From: Candidatus Dormibacter sp.
GTDB taxonomy: Bacteria > Chloroflexota > Dormibacteria > Aeolococcales > Aeolococcaceae
Assembly: GCA_039935655.1 (NCBI GenBank)
Contig: JBDTJX010000077.1
Coordinates: 55,718 to 119,717 of the forward strand
Length of the DNA: 64,000 nucleotides
Direction: 5' to 3'
The position numbers were made by a program, and so were the translations under genes. The notes beneath the pieces are model-generated. The model was not told the DNA's origin. It made no database searches and saw only the letters and a list, made by a program, of their open reading frames with translations. Shown here in pieces: positions 37,920-47,480 of this stretch. The first letter of the stretch is position 1, and each line of letters starts with the position of its first letter.

Positions 37920-39644
37920 GTGAGCGCGATCTTCGACCTCGCCGACGGTTACACCGTCGAACTGGCCGGCCGTGAGGCCCTAGTCGCAACCCTCCTCGGC
38001 GTGCCCGGGCACGAGGAGGACATGACCGACTACTCACCGGACGGAGTGGAGGCACGAGCTGAGCTCAGCCGCCGGACGCTGCGCGATTTGCGCGGTGCAG
38101 ACGTGGAGAACGACGCAGACCGAATCTGCCGCGAGTTCATGCTCGAACGGCTCCAGGTCGACGTCGACATGCACGAGGCGGGGGAGAGCTGGCGACCCCT
38201 TCGCAACCTCGCATCGCCAGTCCAGCAGATCCGGCAGGTCTTTGACCTCTGCCCGCAGGCAACCGTGGTGGACTGGCGTCACATCGCCGCCCGGCTGGCC
38301 AAGATCCCGCAGGCCGTTGCTGGGCTCGAAGCGACTCTCCGTCAGGGCCTCGACCTCGGGCTGCCGGCTGCTCGGCGCCAGGCTCTCGTCTGCGCTCAGC
38401 AGGCCGCCGTCTGGGGCGGCACCGACGGGGATGGGACCGCGTTCTTTCTTTCTCTCGCTCGGCGGTGCCCGCACGACGGATCTCTTGGCGCCGAACTCGA
38501 GGCCGGAGCCCGCACAGCCACGCAGGCCTACGCAGGCCTGGCTCACTTCCTCCGCGACGACTACGCACCCGCCGTCCCTGACCACGATCCGGTTGGCCGC
38601 GACCGCTACCGACTGGCATCACGCGCATTTCTGGGCGCGCAGGTCGATCCCGACGAGACCTACGCCTGGGGATGGGAGGAGCTCCACCGCATCGAAGCCG
38701 AGATGATTCGAGTGGCTGACCGGATCAGCCCCGGAGCGGGTGTCGACAAGGTTATCGAACTCATGACCACCGACCCGCAGCGCGCGGTCACCGGCGCCGA
38801 CAACCTCCAGCGTTTCCTCCAGGAGCTGACCGATACTGCCACCGCCGAGCTCAACGGCACGCACTTCGACATCCCACCGCAGATACAGCGCTGCGAATGC
38901 ATGATCGCGCCCCCGGGCGGAGCGGCCGCGATGTACTACACACCTCCCTCCGAGGACTGGACACGGCCGGGGCGCACCTGGTATCCCACCAGCGGCCGCA
39001 CCGTTTTCCCGGTGTGGAACGAAGTCACGACCGCCTACCACGAGGGAGTCCCCGGACACCACCTCCAGGTCGGCCTCATGGCCTGCCTGAAGGAGAATCT
39101 CAGCCGCTACCAGCGCACCATCGGTTTCGTCAGCGGCCACGGCGAGGGCTGGGCGCTGTACGCGGAGAGGCTGATGGGTGAGCTCGGTTACCTCGAGAAT
39201 CCCGACTACGAGTTGGGCATGCTGGTGTCGCATCTGTTCCGCGCCAAGCGGGTGGTCGTTGATATCGGTCTCCACCTCGAGTTGGCCATTCCGCAAGGTG
39301 AGGAGAACGCCGGGCAGCGCTGGTCGTGGGACCTGGCGATCCCGTTCATGGATCACAACTCACCGATTCCCGGTGACTTCACTCGCAGCGAGGTCGAGCG
39401 CTACCTGGGAATGCCCGCGCAGGCGATCAGCTACAAGGTGGGGGAGCGCGCGTGGCTCGACATTCGCGCCGAGATGCTCCGCCGGCAGGGCGCACACTTC
39501 GACCTCAAGGCGTTCCACACCCAGGCGCTACAGCTCGGGTCTCTGGGATTGGATCAGATGCGCAGCGAGATGCTGCCCGCGCACGGGTCGGCCATGGCTC
39601 CTCCGGCGGCTCTGGGCGGTATCCGGGATCGGTCAGCTAACTGA
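37920..39644 (+). CDS. DUF885 family protein (putative zinc metallopeptidase)
   Basis: HEGVPGHH (HExxGH) zinc motif, with other DUF885-conserved segments upstream and downstream. GTG start. Confidence 0.78.
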   Translation: MSAIFDLADGYTVELAGREALVATLLGVPGHEEDMTDYSPDGVEARAELSRRTLRDLRGADVENDADRICREFMLERLQVDVDMHEAGESWRPLRNLASPVQQIRQVFDLCPQATVVDWRHIAARLAKIPQAVAGLEATLRQGLDLGLPAARRQALVCAQQAAVWGGTDGDGTAFFLSLARRCPHDGSLGAELEAGARTATQAYAGLAHFLRDDYAPAVPDHDPVGRDRYRLASRAFLGAQVDPDETYAWGWEELHRIEAEMIRVADRISPGAGVDKVIELMTTDPQRAVTGADNLQRFLQELTDTATAELNGTHFDIPPQIQRCECMIAPPGGAAAMYYTPPSEDWTRPGRTWYPTSGRTVFPVWNEVTTAYHEGVPGHHLQVGLMACLKENLSRYQRTIGFVSGHGEGWALYAERLMGELGYLENPDYELGMLVSHLFRAKRVVVDIGLHLELAIPQGEENAGQRWSWDLAIPFMDHNSPIPGDFTRSEVERYLGMPAQAISYKVGERAWLDIRAEMLRRQGAHFDLKAFHTQALQLGSLGLDQMRSEMLPAHGSAMAPPAALGGIRDRSAN

Positions 39645-39672
39645 CAGCCGGACCGTGGCAGGATTGTGGGTG

Positions 39673-40632
39673 ATGACCGACTACCGGCCCGACTACCACC
39701 CCCAACCGCCCAGCCCACCGTGGCAGGCTCCGCCCGTTGCGCCGTGGCAGACTCCGCCACCGCCAACCGGTTCCCTGCCGGCGAGGCGAAGGGGGCGGAC
39801 GCTGTTGATGGTGGCTGCGGTGGCCGTCGTGCTCGTTGCCGGGCTCGGTGTCGGCCTCGCCGCCGGCCTCCTCACCCGGGGAAGCCCCGCAAGTACCCCA
39901 ACCGGGAACTCCGGGACGTCAACCACCGCCGCCGCCCAGGCCCTCTACAAGCAGGCCCTGGCTGCCACTCGGGGCTCGGCAGGCGTCCACTACGTGTCCG
40001 TCTCAACCGGCGCCAGCGTGACCCAGAAGACCGTGGGAGACGCCACCCAGGACGGGGGCGCCCAGCTCATCACGCTCAACTCGACGTACGGTGACGAGCA
40101 GTTCACCCTGCGCCTGGTCAGTGGCACCGTGTACTTCCAGGGCAACACCCCAGCCGTCGAGGATCAGCTCGGTGTGCCGGCCGGCGGCGCCGCGGCGGTG
40201 CAGGGCAAATGGGTGTCCGTCTCAGCCAGCGACGGGCCGTACAGTGTCCTCCAGCCGGGGATCACGGTCGCCGAACAGGCGAGCTGTCTCGCCATGACCC
40301 CGAAGTCGATCGCCCAGGTCACCGCGACTGATGGCAGCAAGGCGACCAGGATCAACGGGACCTTCACGTCCCAGCAGTGCGGGAGTGGGCCGGGTCACCT
40401 GGACGTGGCCGCCGAGTCGCACCTGCCGATCGCGCAAGCATCGGCGACGTCCGCCGGCGGGATCACGACGACCGGCTCGGTCACATTCAGCGGTTGGGGA
40501 ATAGCGGTTCCGGCCACAGCCCCGGCGACACCCGTTGCCTGGTCGACGCTCGGCGCGTCGGGTCCGCCCGGCGGCTACGGCGGCGGCGGCGGTGGGAACA
40601 GCCAGGGCCCCACAGCGACACCGTCGGTGTAG
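39673..40632 (+). CDS. Hypothetical single-pass membrane protein with a Pro-rich cytoplasmic N-terminus
   Basis: ATG at 39673 lies inside ORF 39178..40632, and the upstream part overlaps DUF885 out of frame. PPQPPSPPWQAPP segment, then one TM, then an extracytoplasmic Thr/Gly-rich domain with a GYGGGGGG tail. Confidence 0.58.
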   Translation: MTDYRPDYHPQPPSPPWQAPPVAPWQTPPPPTGSLPARRRGRTLLMVAAVAVVLVAGLGVGLAAGLLTRGSPASTPTGNSGTSTTAAAQALYKQALAATRGSAGVHYVSVSTGASVTQKTVGDATQDGGAQLITLNSTYGDEQFTLRLVSGTVYFQGNTPAVEDQLGVPAGGAAAVQGKWVSVSASDGPYSVLQPGITVAEQASCLAMTPKSIAQVTATDGSKATRINGTFTSQQCGSGPGHLDVAAESHLPIAQASATSAGGITTTGSVTFSGWGIAVPATAPATPVAWSTLGASGPPGGYGGGGGGNSQGPTATPSV

Positions 40633-40751
40633 TCCCGTAGGCCGCAGCGCGCGGTCGAGAGCGTGCGGGCGCGCCAGTCGCCGTCCGATCGCCACAACTG
40701 TCGGATTCGGGTCACAATGGCGCCGCGACGCCGGTAAACCGCTCCTCACGC

Positions 40752-41780
40752 ATGCGCACCACTCCATCTCCCCTCAACGCCCTCCTCCTCTGCGCGGCCC
40801 TCGCCGCCGCCGCGTGCGGAAGTAGCCCCGCAATCGCCCCGACCGCTGCCGCGCGCTCGTCGACGCCGGCGCCGACGACGGTCGCGACACCCGCCCCCCC
40901 GCCGGCGCCCACACCGGCGGCTTTCGCGGCGCCGGTCATGATCCAGGTCGAGAACCTCTGGGCAGCACGCCCTCAGTCGGGTCTGAGCCAGGCCGACGTC
41001 GTGTACGAGTACCAGACCGAGGGCGGGATCAGCCGGTTCACTGCGATCTACTTCCATACACCAGGGGGCAGTGTCGGCCCGGTTCGCAGTGCGCGGCTTG
41101 TCACCATCAAGCTCCTCCGTGTCTGGGGCGGCACGCTGCTCTACTCCGGGGGCACGGTGTACGTTGCCACGCTTCTCGACCGCAGCGGGCTCCGCCAGTT
41201 CGACGAGATACGAGCGGCCGGGACCTTGTTCCGGGTCTCCGGGCGTGACGCACCGCACAACCTCTACACCGACGGTTCTCACCTCGCCCCGTTCCAGCAG
41301 CGCATCGGCCAGACCGTCGGCTATCAGCTGTGGGCACGAACCGCGCTGGCCAACCTCCCGGCCGGCGCGAGCCCGCTGGCGAGCTTCCAGGTTCCCATCT
41401 CGCAGTACGAGCGCCCGATCTTCACCTACGACGGCTTCAGCGGGCATTACACGAGGACCGAGCCCGACACCGGCGTGCTCACCGACGCCAACAGCGGCGC
41501 TCCATGGCGGCCAAGCACCATCGCCGTCCTGCAGATGCCAGTCACGGTGGGACCGGAGGTTGAGGACCCGAGCGGTGCCCACGGCCTCGACTTCGGCCTG
41601 GTCGGCAGCGGCGGCGTCGGACAGCTCGCGATGGGTGGGAAGCTCTACGCGATGAGGTGGACGCAGGGCGCCTCAGGCCCACCGCAGTTCACGCTGGCCA
41701 ACGGTCAGCCGGCGCCGATCCCACCGGGCCAGATGCTCATCGAGCTGGTGGCGCCGGGACAGTACATAGTTCCGCGCTGA
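40752..41780 (+). CDS. DUF3048 (YerB-like) lipoprotein
   Basis: Signal peptide with AAACGS lipobox and a Pro/Ala/Thr-rich linker. The conserved VENLWAARPQSGLSQADVVYEYQTEGGISRF block matches the DUF3048 N-terminal domain. Confidence 0.75.
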   Translation: MRTTPSPLNALLLCAALAAAACGSSPAIAPTAAARSSTPAPTTVATPAPPPAPTPAAFAAPVMIQVENLWAARPQSGLSQADVVYEYQTEGGISRFTAIYFHTPGGSVGPVRSARLVTIKLLRVWGGTLLYSGGTVYVATLLDRSGLRQFDEIRAAGTLFRVSGRDAPHNLYTDGSHLAPFQQRIGQTVGYQLWARTALANLPAGASPLASFQVPISQYERPIFTYDGFSGHYTRTEPDTGVLTDANSGAPWRPSTIAVLQMPVTVGPEVEDPSGAHGLDFGLVGSGGVGQLAMGGKLYAMRWTQGASGPPQFTLANGQPAPIPPGQMLIELVAPGQYIVPR

Positions 41781-41808
41781 TCACCGTCGCGAGGCATCCA
41801 TCGCTGAA

Positions 41809-42153
41809 ATGGCTGACGTCGAGCTGCCGCTGACCGCGGCGATGGTTGGTGTGGCACCGATCGACCCGGCCCACCCGCAGGCGCAGCAATGCCTGAACGC
41901 CTACTTCGCGGAGCTGGACCGGCGCTTCGACACCGGCTTCGATCCATCGCTGAGCATCTCCGCCGTTGAGGATGAGCTGCGTCCGCCGGCGGGCCTGCTC
42001 CTGGTGGCCACGCTGCAGGCGGATCCGATCGGCTGCGGTGCGCTCGAGCAGATGACTGTGCACCATGTCGGCCTGCTTCGCGAACGGTTGGAAGTACTGC
42101 GACACCGACGCCGGGGGAGCGCCGCTGACCTGTCCAGCCCCCGCCGGGGTTGA
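41809..42153 (+). pseudogene. Truncated GNAT-family N-acetyltransferase-like gene
   Basis: The N-terminal half resembles actinobacterial GNATs (NAYFAELDRRFDTGFDP...LLLVATLQADPIGCGALE). The acetyl-CoA-binding motif that should follow (AEIKRMWV-type, R/QxxGxG/A) is absent in every frame, and a stop occurs at 114 aa. Confidence 0.45.
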
Positions 42154-43014
42154 CGGGAGGACGGCGGGGCCGGCGAACCGCGAGAGATCGGGCAGATCGC
42201 CTCGTCGCGGAGAGGCCAGCGACAGGAGCGTGTGAAACGGCGGAGACCACGCATCACGCACTGTCAAGGGCATCGACGACGGTGCGAAGATCTGCGAACC
42301 GTGCTGGGCACGCTGCTGTGGTCGCGCACGACGCTGTCGATGGTGCCGGCCGGGACGTACGGTGAGATGACCACTGCGGGCACGCGGGGTCCAAGCAACT
42401 GGAAGGTGAAGTGCGCCGCCCTGGGACGCAGAAACACATGACCGATGCGTGTTGGCCGGCCACCGCGTTGATCGCCCCGATCACCATCCGGCCGCCCGGG
42501 GAACGGCTCAGAGGGCGGATGTCGGCATTGCCGCTGGCGTTGCGCAGTCCGCGGCCAGGGCGCCGGCGCCGCGGACCATTACAGTGCGAGCGACGGCGTA
42601 AGCGGACGTCGACAGGCGATCATGAGCCAGGCGCGTGGGCGTCGACGCGACGCCAACCGCATTGAAGACACGCCGAGCGATGCCCTTGTGCAATTGCTCC
42701 GCCGGGGTGATGGCCAGCCTGTCGACTGGCGTCCGCCGCCATCTCTGTCAACGCGCTCATCTCGTTTGCCACAGGCGGACCTCTCCGGGCTGGGTGAGTT
42801 GTTCGCGAGTGTACTGCCGGCCCGGTCCGTGCGCTGGCATGACAATCCCGCAACAGCAACCCGACCTGCCCGTCTGGATAGCCCCCACGGGCGCAGGCTG
42901 TCGCGTGCGGGCAACCGATCAGCCGCGGGTCCGCCGTCGACGCCGGCTCCAGTCATCCCCGACCTAGCGGAGCGTTGCGAATTGTTGCCTAGCAACCGCC
43001 AGGAGCCGGATGCG

Positions 43015-44787
43015 ATGCCGCTCACCGAGAGCGACCGCACCTTCCACGCCTTCTTCGAGTGCAACCCGCAACCGATGTTCCTCCTCGACGTGCGTACCTT
43101 CCGCTACCTGGCCGTGAACAACGCCGCGCTCGACCTGTACGGCTACTCGCGCCGGGAGTTCCTGGCGCTGCGCCAGACCGACCTCCGCGTTGAGGACCAG
43201 GCAGCCCAGTTGCAGGACGACCGACTTGCAATCATTCACGGCACCAAGAAGCACTTCCAGGACACCCGCCATCGCACCAAGAGCGGTGCCATCCTCGATG
43301 TCGAGCTCGACCTCGCCAGCGTGTTCTTCGCCAATCGTGACTCCGTGGTCGTGGTCGTCAGCGATGTCACCGACCGGGTCAAGCTGCAGGGTGAGCTGCA
43401 ATACCAGGCGTTCCACGACGGGCTCACCGGCCTGCCCAACCGCGCGCTCTTCACCGACCGCGTCGACCATGCCCTGGCTCGCAGCCTGCGCGATGGCCGC
43501 CGGCTGGCCGTGCTCTTCCTCGACCTCGACAACTTCAAGGCAATCAATGACGGTCTCGGCCACCCGGCGGGGGACGAGCTGCTGAGGACGGTGGCGCGTC
43601 GGCTGGCCCAGCAGTTGCGTGCCGGGGACACCGCGGCACGCTTCGGCGGTGACGAGTTTGCCATCCTCCTCGAGAACCTCACTGAACCAAGCCAGGTGGC
43701 CCATGTCTGCGAGCGCATCGCGGCAGCGCTGCGCGTGGGCTGTCACATCCAGGGCACCCTGGTCTGCCCGCAGGTCAGCATCGGCGTGACCTACAACGCG
43801 GACGGCAGCTCGGCTGAAGAGCTGCTCCGCAACGCCGACGTCGCCATGTACCAGGCCAAGGCCAACGGCAAATCCTGCTTCCAGGTGTACGAACCGGCCA
43901 TGCACCAGCGTGTTGCCTGGCGTCTGCAGGTGGAGTCAGACTTGCGGCGGGCGCTCGAGAAAGGCAATCTGCGTCTGCTCTATCAGCCGGTTTTCGCGCT
44001 CCCCAGCCGGCGGATTGTCGGTGTCGAGGCGCTGGTCCGCTGGCTGCACCCTGTGCGCGGGCTGATCCTTCCGCTCGACTTCATCGTTGTCGCCGAGGAC
44101 ACCGGTCTCATCATCCCGCTGGGCCGCTGGGTGCTCACCGAGGCGTGCGCCCAGGCTCGACGCTGGCAGCAGGAGATCGCCGGGGCGGACGACCTCAATG
44201 TCGCCGTCAACATCTCGCCTCGTCAACTGGAGGACCCAGTGATCGTCGATGACGTCACGGCGGCCCTGGCCGCGTCAGGGCTGCGGCCCGAGAAGCTGGT
44301 CCTCGAGATCACCGAGAGCATCCTGATGCGCGACGTCGCGGCCGCAACCATGCGCCTGACGGACCTCAGCGACCTCGGCGTGAAGCTGGCTGTTGACGAC
44401 TTCGGCACCGGCCAGTCCTCACTGTCACAACTGCGGCGCTTCCCCGTGGACATTCTCAAGATCGACAAATCCTTCGTCGACAACATCGACCACGACCCGC
44501 TGGCGAGCAACCTCCTGACCGTCGTCGCCGCGTTGGGTGAGTCGCTCGGCCTCGACGTGGTCGCCGAGGGTGTCGAATCGGAGGCCCAGGGCCGTGTCAT
44601 CGAGCGTCTGGGCAAGCTCTTCGTCCAGGGATACCTGTATTCACGACCGCTGGACGTCGCGGCAATGACCGTTCTCCTCGCCGAGCACAGCTTGGTCCAA
44701 CCGCGGCGAGGTAACTCCTCACCCGTCGACCAGCAGTCCCTTCAGCGGCCCCTTGAGTCGCGCCGTCCGGCGCGAGATCGACGGTAG
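43015..44787 (+). CDS. PAS-GGDEF-EAL c-di-GMP signalling protein
   Basis: PAS (FFECNPQPMFLLD), GGDEF (RFGGDEF, so the active site is intact), and EAL (VGVEALVRW...DDFGTG...KIDKSFV). AGGAG lies 9 nt before ATG 43015. The upstream 131 codons of the ORF have low GC3 and are Arg-rich. Confidence 0.86.
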   Translation: MPLTESDRTFHAFFECNPQPMFLLDVRTFRYLAVNNAALDLYGYSRREFLALRQTDLRVEDQAAQLQDDRLAIIHGTKKHFQDTRHRTKSGAILDVELDLASVFFANRDSVVVVVSDVTDRVKLQGELQYQAFHDGLTGLPNRALFTDRVDHALARSLRDGRRLAVLFLDLDNFKAINDGLGHPAGDELLRTVARRLAQQLRAGDTAARFGGDEFAILLENLTEPSQVAHVCERIAAALRVGCHIQGTLVCPQVSIGVTYNADGSSAEELLRNADVAMYQAKANGKSCFQVYEPAMHQRVAWRLQVESDLRRALEKGNLRLLYQPVFALPSRRIVGVEALVRWLHPVRGLILPLDFIVVAEDTGLIIPLGRWVLTEACAQARRWQQEIAGADDLNVAVNISPRQLEDPVIVDDVTAALAASGLRPEKLVLEITESILMRDVAAATMRLTDLSDLGVKLAVDDFGTGQSSLSQLRRFPVDILKIDKSFVDNIDHDPLASNLLTVVAALGESLGLDVVAEGVESEAQGRVIERLGKLFVQGYLYSRPLDVAAMTVLLAEHSLVQPRRGNSSPVDQQSLQRPLESRRPARDRR

Positions 44788-46131
44788 AGGACGCAGCGGC
44801 CGCGTGTGTGGCGCCGACTCGTCCAGCGCCGGACGCCACAGGGTCTCGACCACCTCGATGGGATCGCGGCCCGCGCAGTCCTCGCCGAGGTGCTCGGTCC
44901 AGAGACGCTCGCGGACATTCGTGGCAACGGCCGCGTCGTCGGTGACCACGTTGACCTCGGTGTCGTTGAACAGCGAGTGCTCGTTGAGATTCGCGGACCC
45001 GACCGTGAGCCAGGTGTCGTCGACGACGCACACCTTGGCATGCACATACACCGGAGGCCGGTCGGGCCCAGGCGGCCCGATGGTGCCGGCGAGCAGGCGT
45101 CCGTGGTGGTCGGCATCCTTGAGCACCGCCAACTGACCGCGGGTGTCGTCGTTGCCGTTGTTGGGGCGCTGCGGAAGCACGAGGCACAGCCGGAAGTCGT
45201 CGGCCGGCGGCCGCCGCAGAATCTCGGCGAGCACCGCCACCACCTCAGTGCTCCACAGGAACTGGTTCTCGATGTAGATCAGCCGGCGAGCTGAGCGAAA
45301 CGCGCCGAGGTACGCTTCGAGCACGCTGAAATCGCCGCGTGGCAGGCCCTTGTACGTGTGCTCGGGCACGGTGCGCACCACCTGCACCCGACTGCTGCCG
45401 GAGGGCGCCGGCGTGGCCATGGCCGGCAGTCGCTCCGCGGTGGTGGCTTGCCAGCGGAGCGCGAAATGTGCCGCGACATCGGCAACCGCGGGGCCGGTGA
45501 TTCGCGAGAGAGCATCGTGCCAACCCAGGCCGTCCCCGGCGGGGTGAGGGGAGATGTCATAGCGGTCGCCGTCCCAGTCGGTGAGGTCGATGCCGCCGAC
45601 GAACGCCACCGTGCCGTCGACGATCACCAGCTTCTCGTGATGGCAGTGCATGGGCCGGTTGCGCTTGTCCAGCGCGCCCCGGATCCGCGTCCCTCGCACC
45701 AGCGTGCTCATCAGGCGTGATGCCTCGCCACGGGTCGGATGGATGACCGGCACCGGCGCTCCGGCCCACGCGAGGACGCGGACATCGACACGCTCGGCGG
45801 CGCGAGCCAGCAGGTCGCGCACGGTGACCAGCGCCGGTTCGCGCTCCATGGCGAAGTCGGGGTCGACCGTCCACCCGGCGACGTGGACGAAGGACTTGGC
45901 ACCGCGCACCGCCTCGACGATCGCCGGCATCGCCTCCGCACCGTCGATGTGCACGTCCACGTGGTTGCCCTCGCGGGGAGGCGGCGGACCGGACGCCCAG
46001 CCCCGGCTCCTGCCGTCGAACACGTGGCCGAACCCGACCCGCGCAAAGCGGCGGCGGTGATGAGCGCGACTGGCGGCCTCGACGGCCTCGCCGGCGCGCG
46101 CATCGAGGTCGCTGGCGAACCGACCGATCAC
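44719..46131 (-). CDS. Phospholipase D-like (two-HKD) protein, cardiolipin-synthase-like
   Basis: Two HKD motifs: HCHHEKLVIVDG and HAKVCVVDDTWLTVGSANLN. The start is uncertain: GTG (complement of 46129-46131) was chosen, and the AT-rich MELPLSQ... extension was rejected. The 3' end overlaps the convergent GGDEF-EAL gene by 69 nt. Confidence 0.72.
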   Translation of the reverse strand: MIGRFASDLDARAGEAVEAASRAHHRRRFARVGFGHVFDGRSRGWASGPPPPREGNHVDVHIDGAEAMPAIVEAVRGAKSFVHVAGWTVDPDFAMEREPALVTVRDLLARAAERVDVRVLAWAGAPVPVIHPTRGEASRLMSTLVRGTRIRGALDKRNRPMHCHHEKLVIVDGTVAFVGGIDLTDWDGDRYDISPHPAGDGLGWHDALSRITGPAVADVAAHFALRWQATTAERLPAMATPAPSGSSRVQVVRTVPEHTYKGLPRGDFSVLEAYLGAFRSARRLIYIENQFLWSTEVVAVLAEILRRPPADDFRLCLVLPQRPNNGNDDTRGQLAVLKDADHHGRLLAGTIGPPGPDRPPVYVHAKVCVVDDTWLTVGSANLNEHSLFNDTEVNVVTDDAAVATNVRERLWTEHLGEDCAGRDPIEVVETLWRPALDESAPHTRPLRPLPSISRRTARLKGPLKGLLVDG

Positions 46132-46278
46132 GCGGGCCAGTCTACGGGGCGGGACCGCCGCCCTCGCCTGGTTGGGGGCTTCCCTACCGTGGTGCGGTGT
46201 GCTAGTGTTGGTTATCGAGGAATACCTACTTTGTGATAGTGGTAGTTCCATGTATCAAACCGGAGCAAAGGAGTGTCA

Positions 46279-46434
46279 ATGATTCTGCTAGGCGTGATCC
46301 TGATGATCATCGGCTTGGTTGCCGCGATCCCGATTCTGTGGACGATCGGGATCATCCTCCTCGTCGTCGGCCTCGTTCTCGCCCTGGCCGGAGCCATGGG
46401 CCACGCCGTCGGAGGCCGGGCGCACTACTACTGA
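46279..46434 (+). CDS. 51-aa hydrophobic small membrane protein (absent from the ORF track)
   Basis: AAAGGAG lies 5 nt before ATG 46279. Translation is MILLGVILMIIGLVAAIPILWTIGIILLVVGLVLALAGAMGHAVGGRAHYY, with TGA at 46432-46434. Two TM helices and a GHxVGGR tail. Confidence 0.5.
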   Translation: MILLGVILMIIGLVAAIPILWTIGIILLVVGLVLALAGAMGHAVGGRAHYY

Positions 46435-46482
46435 TCTGACGGCCGATCCACCGTCAGGATTCTCAGTGGTCCCGGCCGGCGC

Positions 46483-46845
46483 TCAGTCGCCGGTCGGGAC
46501 TACGCTTGCCCGCTCAACCATCAGCGCGACCGTCCGCTGCGGCGCTCGAGGCCGGTGGCGCACTCCCTGAGGCACGGTGAGCGCCTGACGCGCTCCCAGT
46601 TCCACGGTCCGACCCTCGAGGTCGATGAGCAGGGTGCCCTCCACGACGAAGAAGAACTCATCCTCATCGTCGTGCGTGTGCCAGTGGTACTCGCCCTCGA
46701 GCACACCCAGTCGCACAACCGCGTCGTTGACCGCACACAGCGTCTGGTTCCACCAGGGGTCCGTACACGCGTCGACGAGCGCCTGCACGTCGATCAGCTC
46801 CAGGGGTGCGAACTTGACGTCGAGATGCGTGCTGTACGTGGTCAT
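46483..46845 (-). CDS. Cupin domain protein
   Basis: 120 aa with a GEYHWHTHDDEDEFFFVVEG cupin motif-1 region and a P-G-V-H-R motif-2 region. Confidence 0.8.
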   Translation of the reverse strand: MTTYSTHLDVKFAPLELIDVQALVDACTDPWWNQTLCAVNDAVVRLGVLEGEYHWHTHDDEDEFFFVVEGTLLIDLEGRTVELGARQALTVPQGVRHRPRAPQRTVALMVERASVVPTGD

Positions 46846-46860
46846 ATCAAGCCTCCTTGC

Positions 46861-47475
46861 CTAGTGTCCGATCGGGAAGGGTACGGGCACCGCCGCGCCA
46901 TCAGGCGGCACCGCGATGTCCACCTGGCGCCCGTCGCCATACGTCCGTCGCCAAGTCGACCCGTCGCGGATGTCGAGAACGTCGAGAGAGGTGAGTTCGC
47001 TGCTGCCGGCGTCGAACGTGCACTCAGCGATCAGCCGCAGAGAATCTGAGCGCAGGTTGCAGGTTGCGGTGTGCACGACGCCGTCCTTGGTCCAGGCGGC
47101 CGCGGCCCGCGCCGTGCCTTTGCCCGACTCGGAGAGTGTGTAGGAGGCGTCGCCACCATAAAGGACCGCACCGGCGGGACCCATTCGTCCGACGTCCGCC
47201 AACGTCATCGCGCCGATGTGCACGTGGTCGCCGCTGAGATACGCGCTCTGCGGCGAGGGTGCCACAAGCAGCACCCCTCCGGTGGCAGCGCACAGGCAAC
47301 CCACGATGGTCGCAACGGCCGGGCGATGCGCGCGGAGGATTCGTCGTCGCTGACGCCGCGCCACCCGCACCGGCGTGCTGCCGCTGCCGAGCGGTACGGG
47401 CAGCGCCTGGGCATCTCGATCGATCAACGAGCGCGCCGGTTGGCGCCGGTCGAGGCGACGGACGTGATCCGCCAT
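46861..47475 (-). CDS. Hypothetical membrane-anchored protein
   Basis: High-GC3 ORF with an internal TM (VATIVGCLCAATGGVLLVAP) and a soluble C-terminal domain. ATG MADHV start (complement of 47473-47475); an alternative start lies 21 nt upstream. Confidence 0.5.
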   Translation of the reverse strand: MADHVRRLDRRQPARSLIDRDAQALPVPLGSGSTPVRVARRQRRRILRAHRPAVATIVGCLCAATGGVLLVAPSPQSAYLSGDHVHIGAMTLADVGRMGPAGAVLYGGDASYTLSESGKGTARAAAAWTKDGVVHTATCNLRSDSLRLIAECTFDAGSSELTSLDVLDIRDGSTWRRTYGDGRQVDIAVPPDGAAVPVPFPIGH

Positions 47476-47480
47476 GGGGA

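Noticed and set aside
42622-43014. In-frame 131-codon N-terminal extension of the PAS-GGDEF-EAL gene from ATG 42622
   Set aside because: Arg-rich, lower GC3 than the rest of the gene, no domain. The ATG at 43015 has an AGGAG Shine-Dalgarno at ideal spacing. Kept as an uncertainty rather than called.
42964-43905. 313-aa minus-strand ORF
   Set aside because: Antisense to the PAS-GGDEF-EAL gene, whose GGDEF and EAL motifs are intact.
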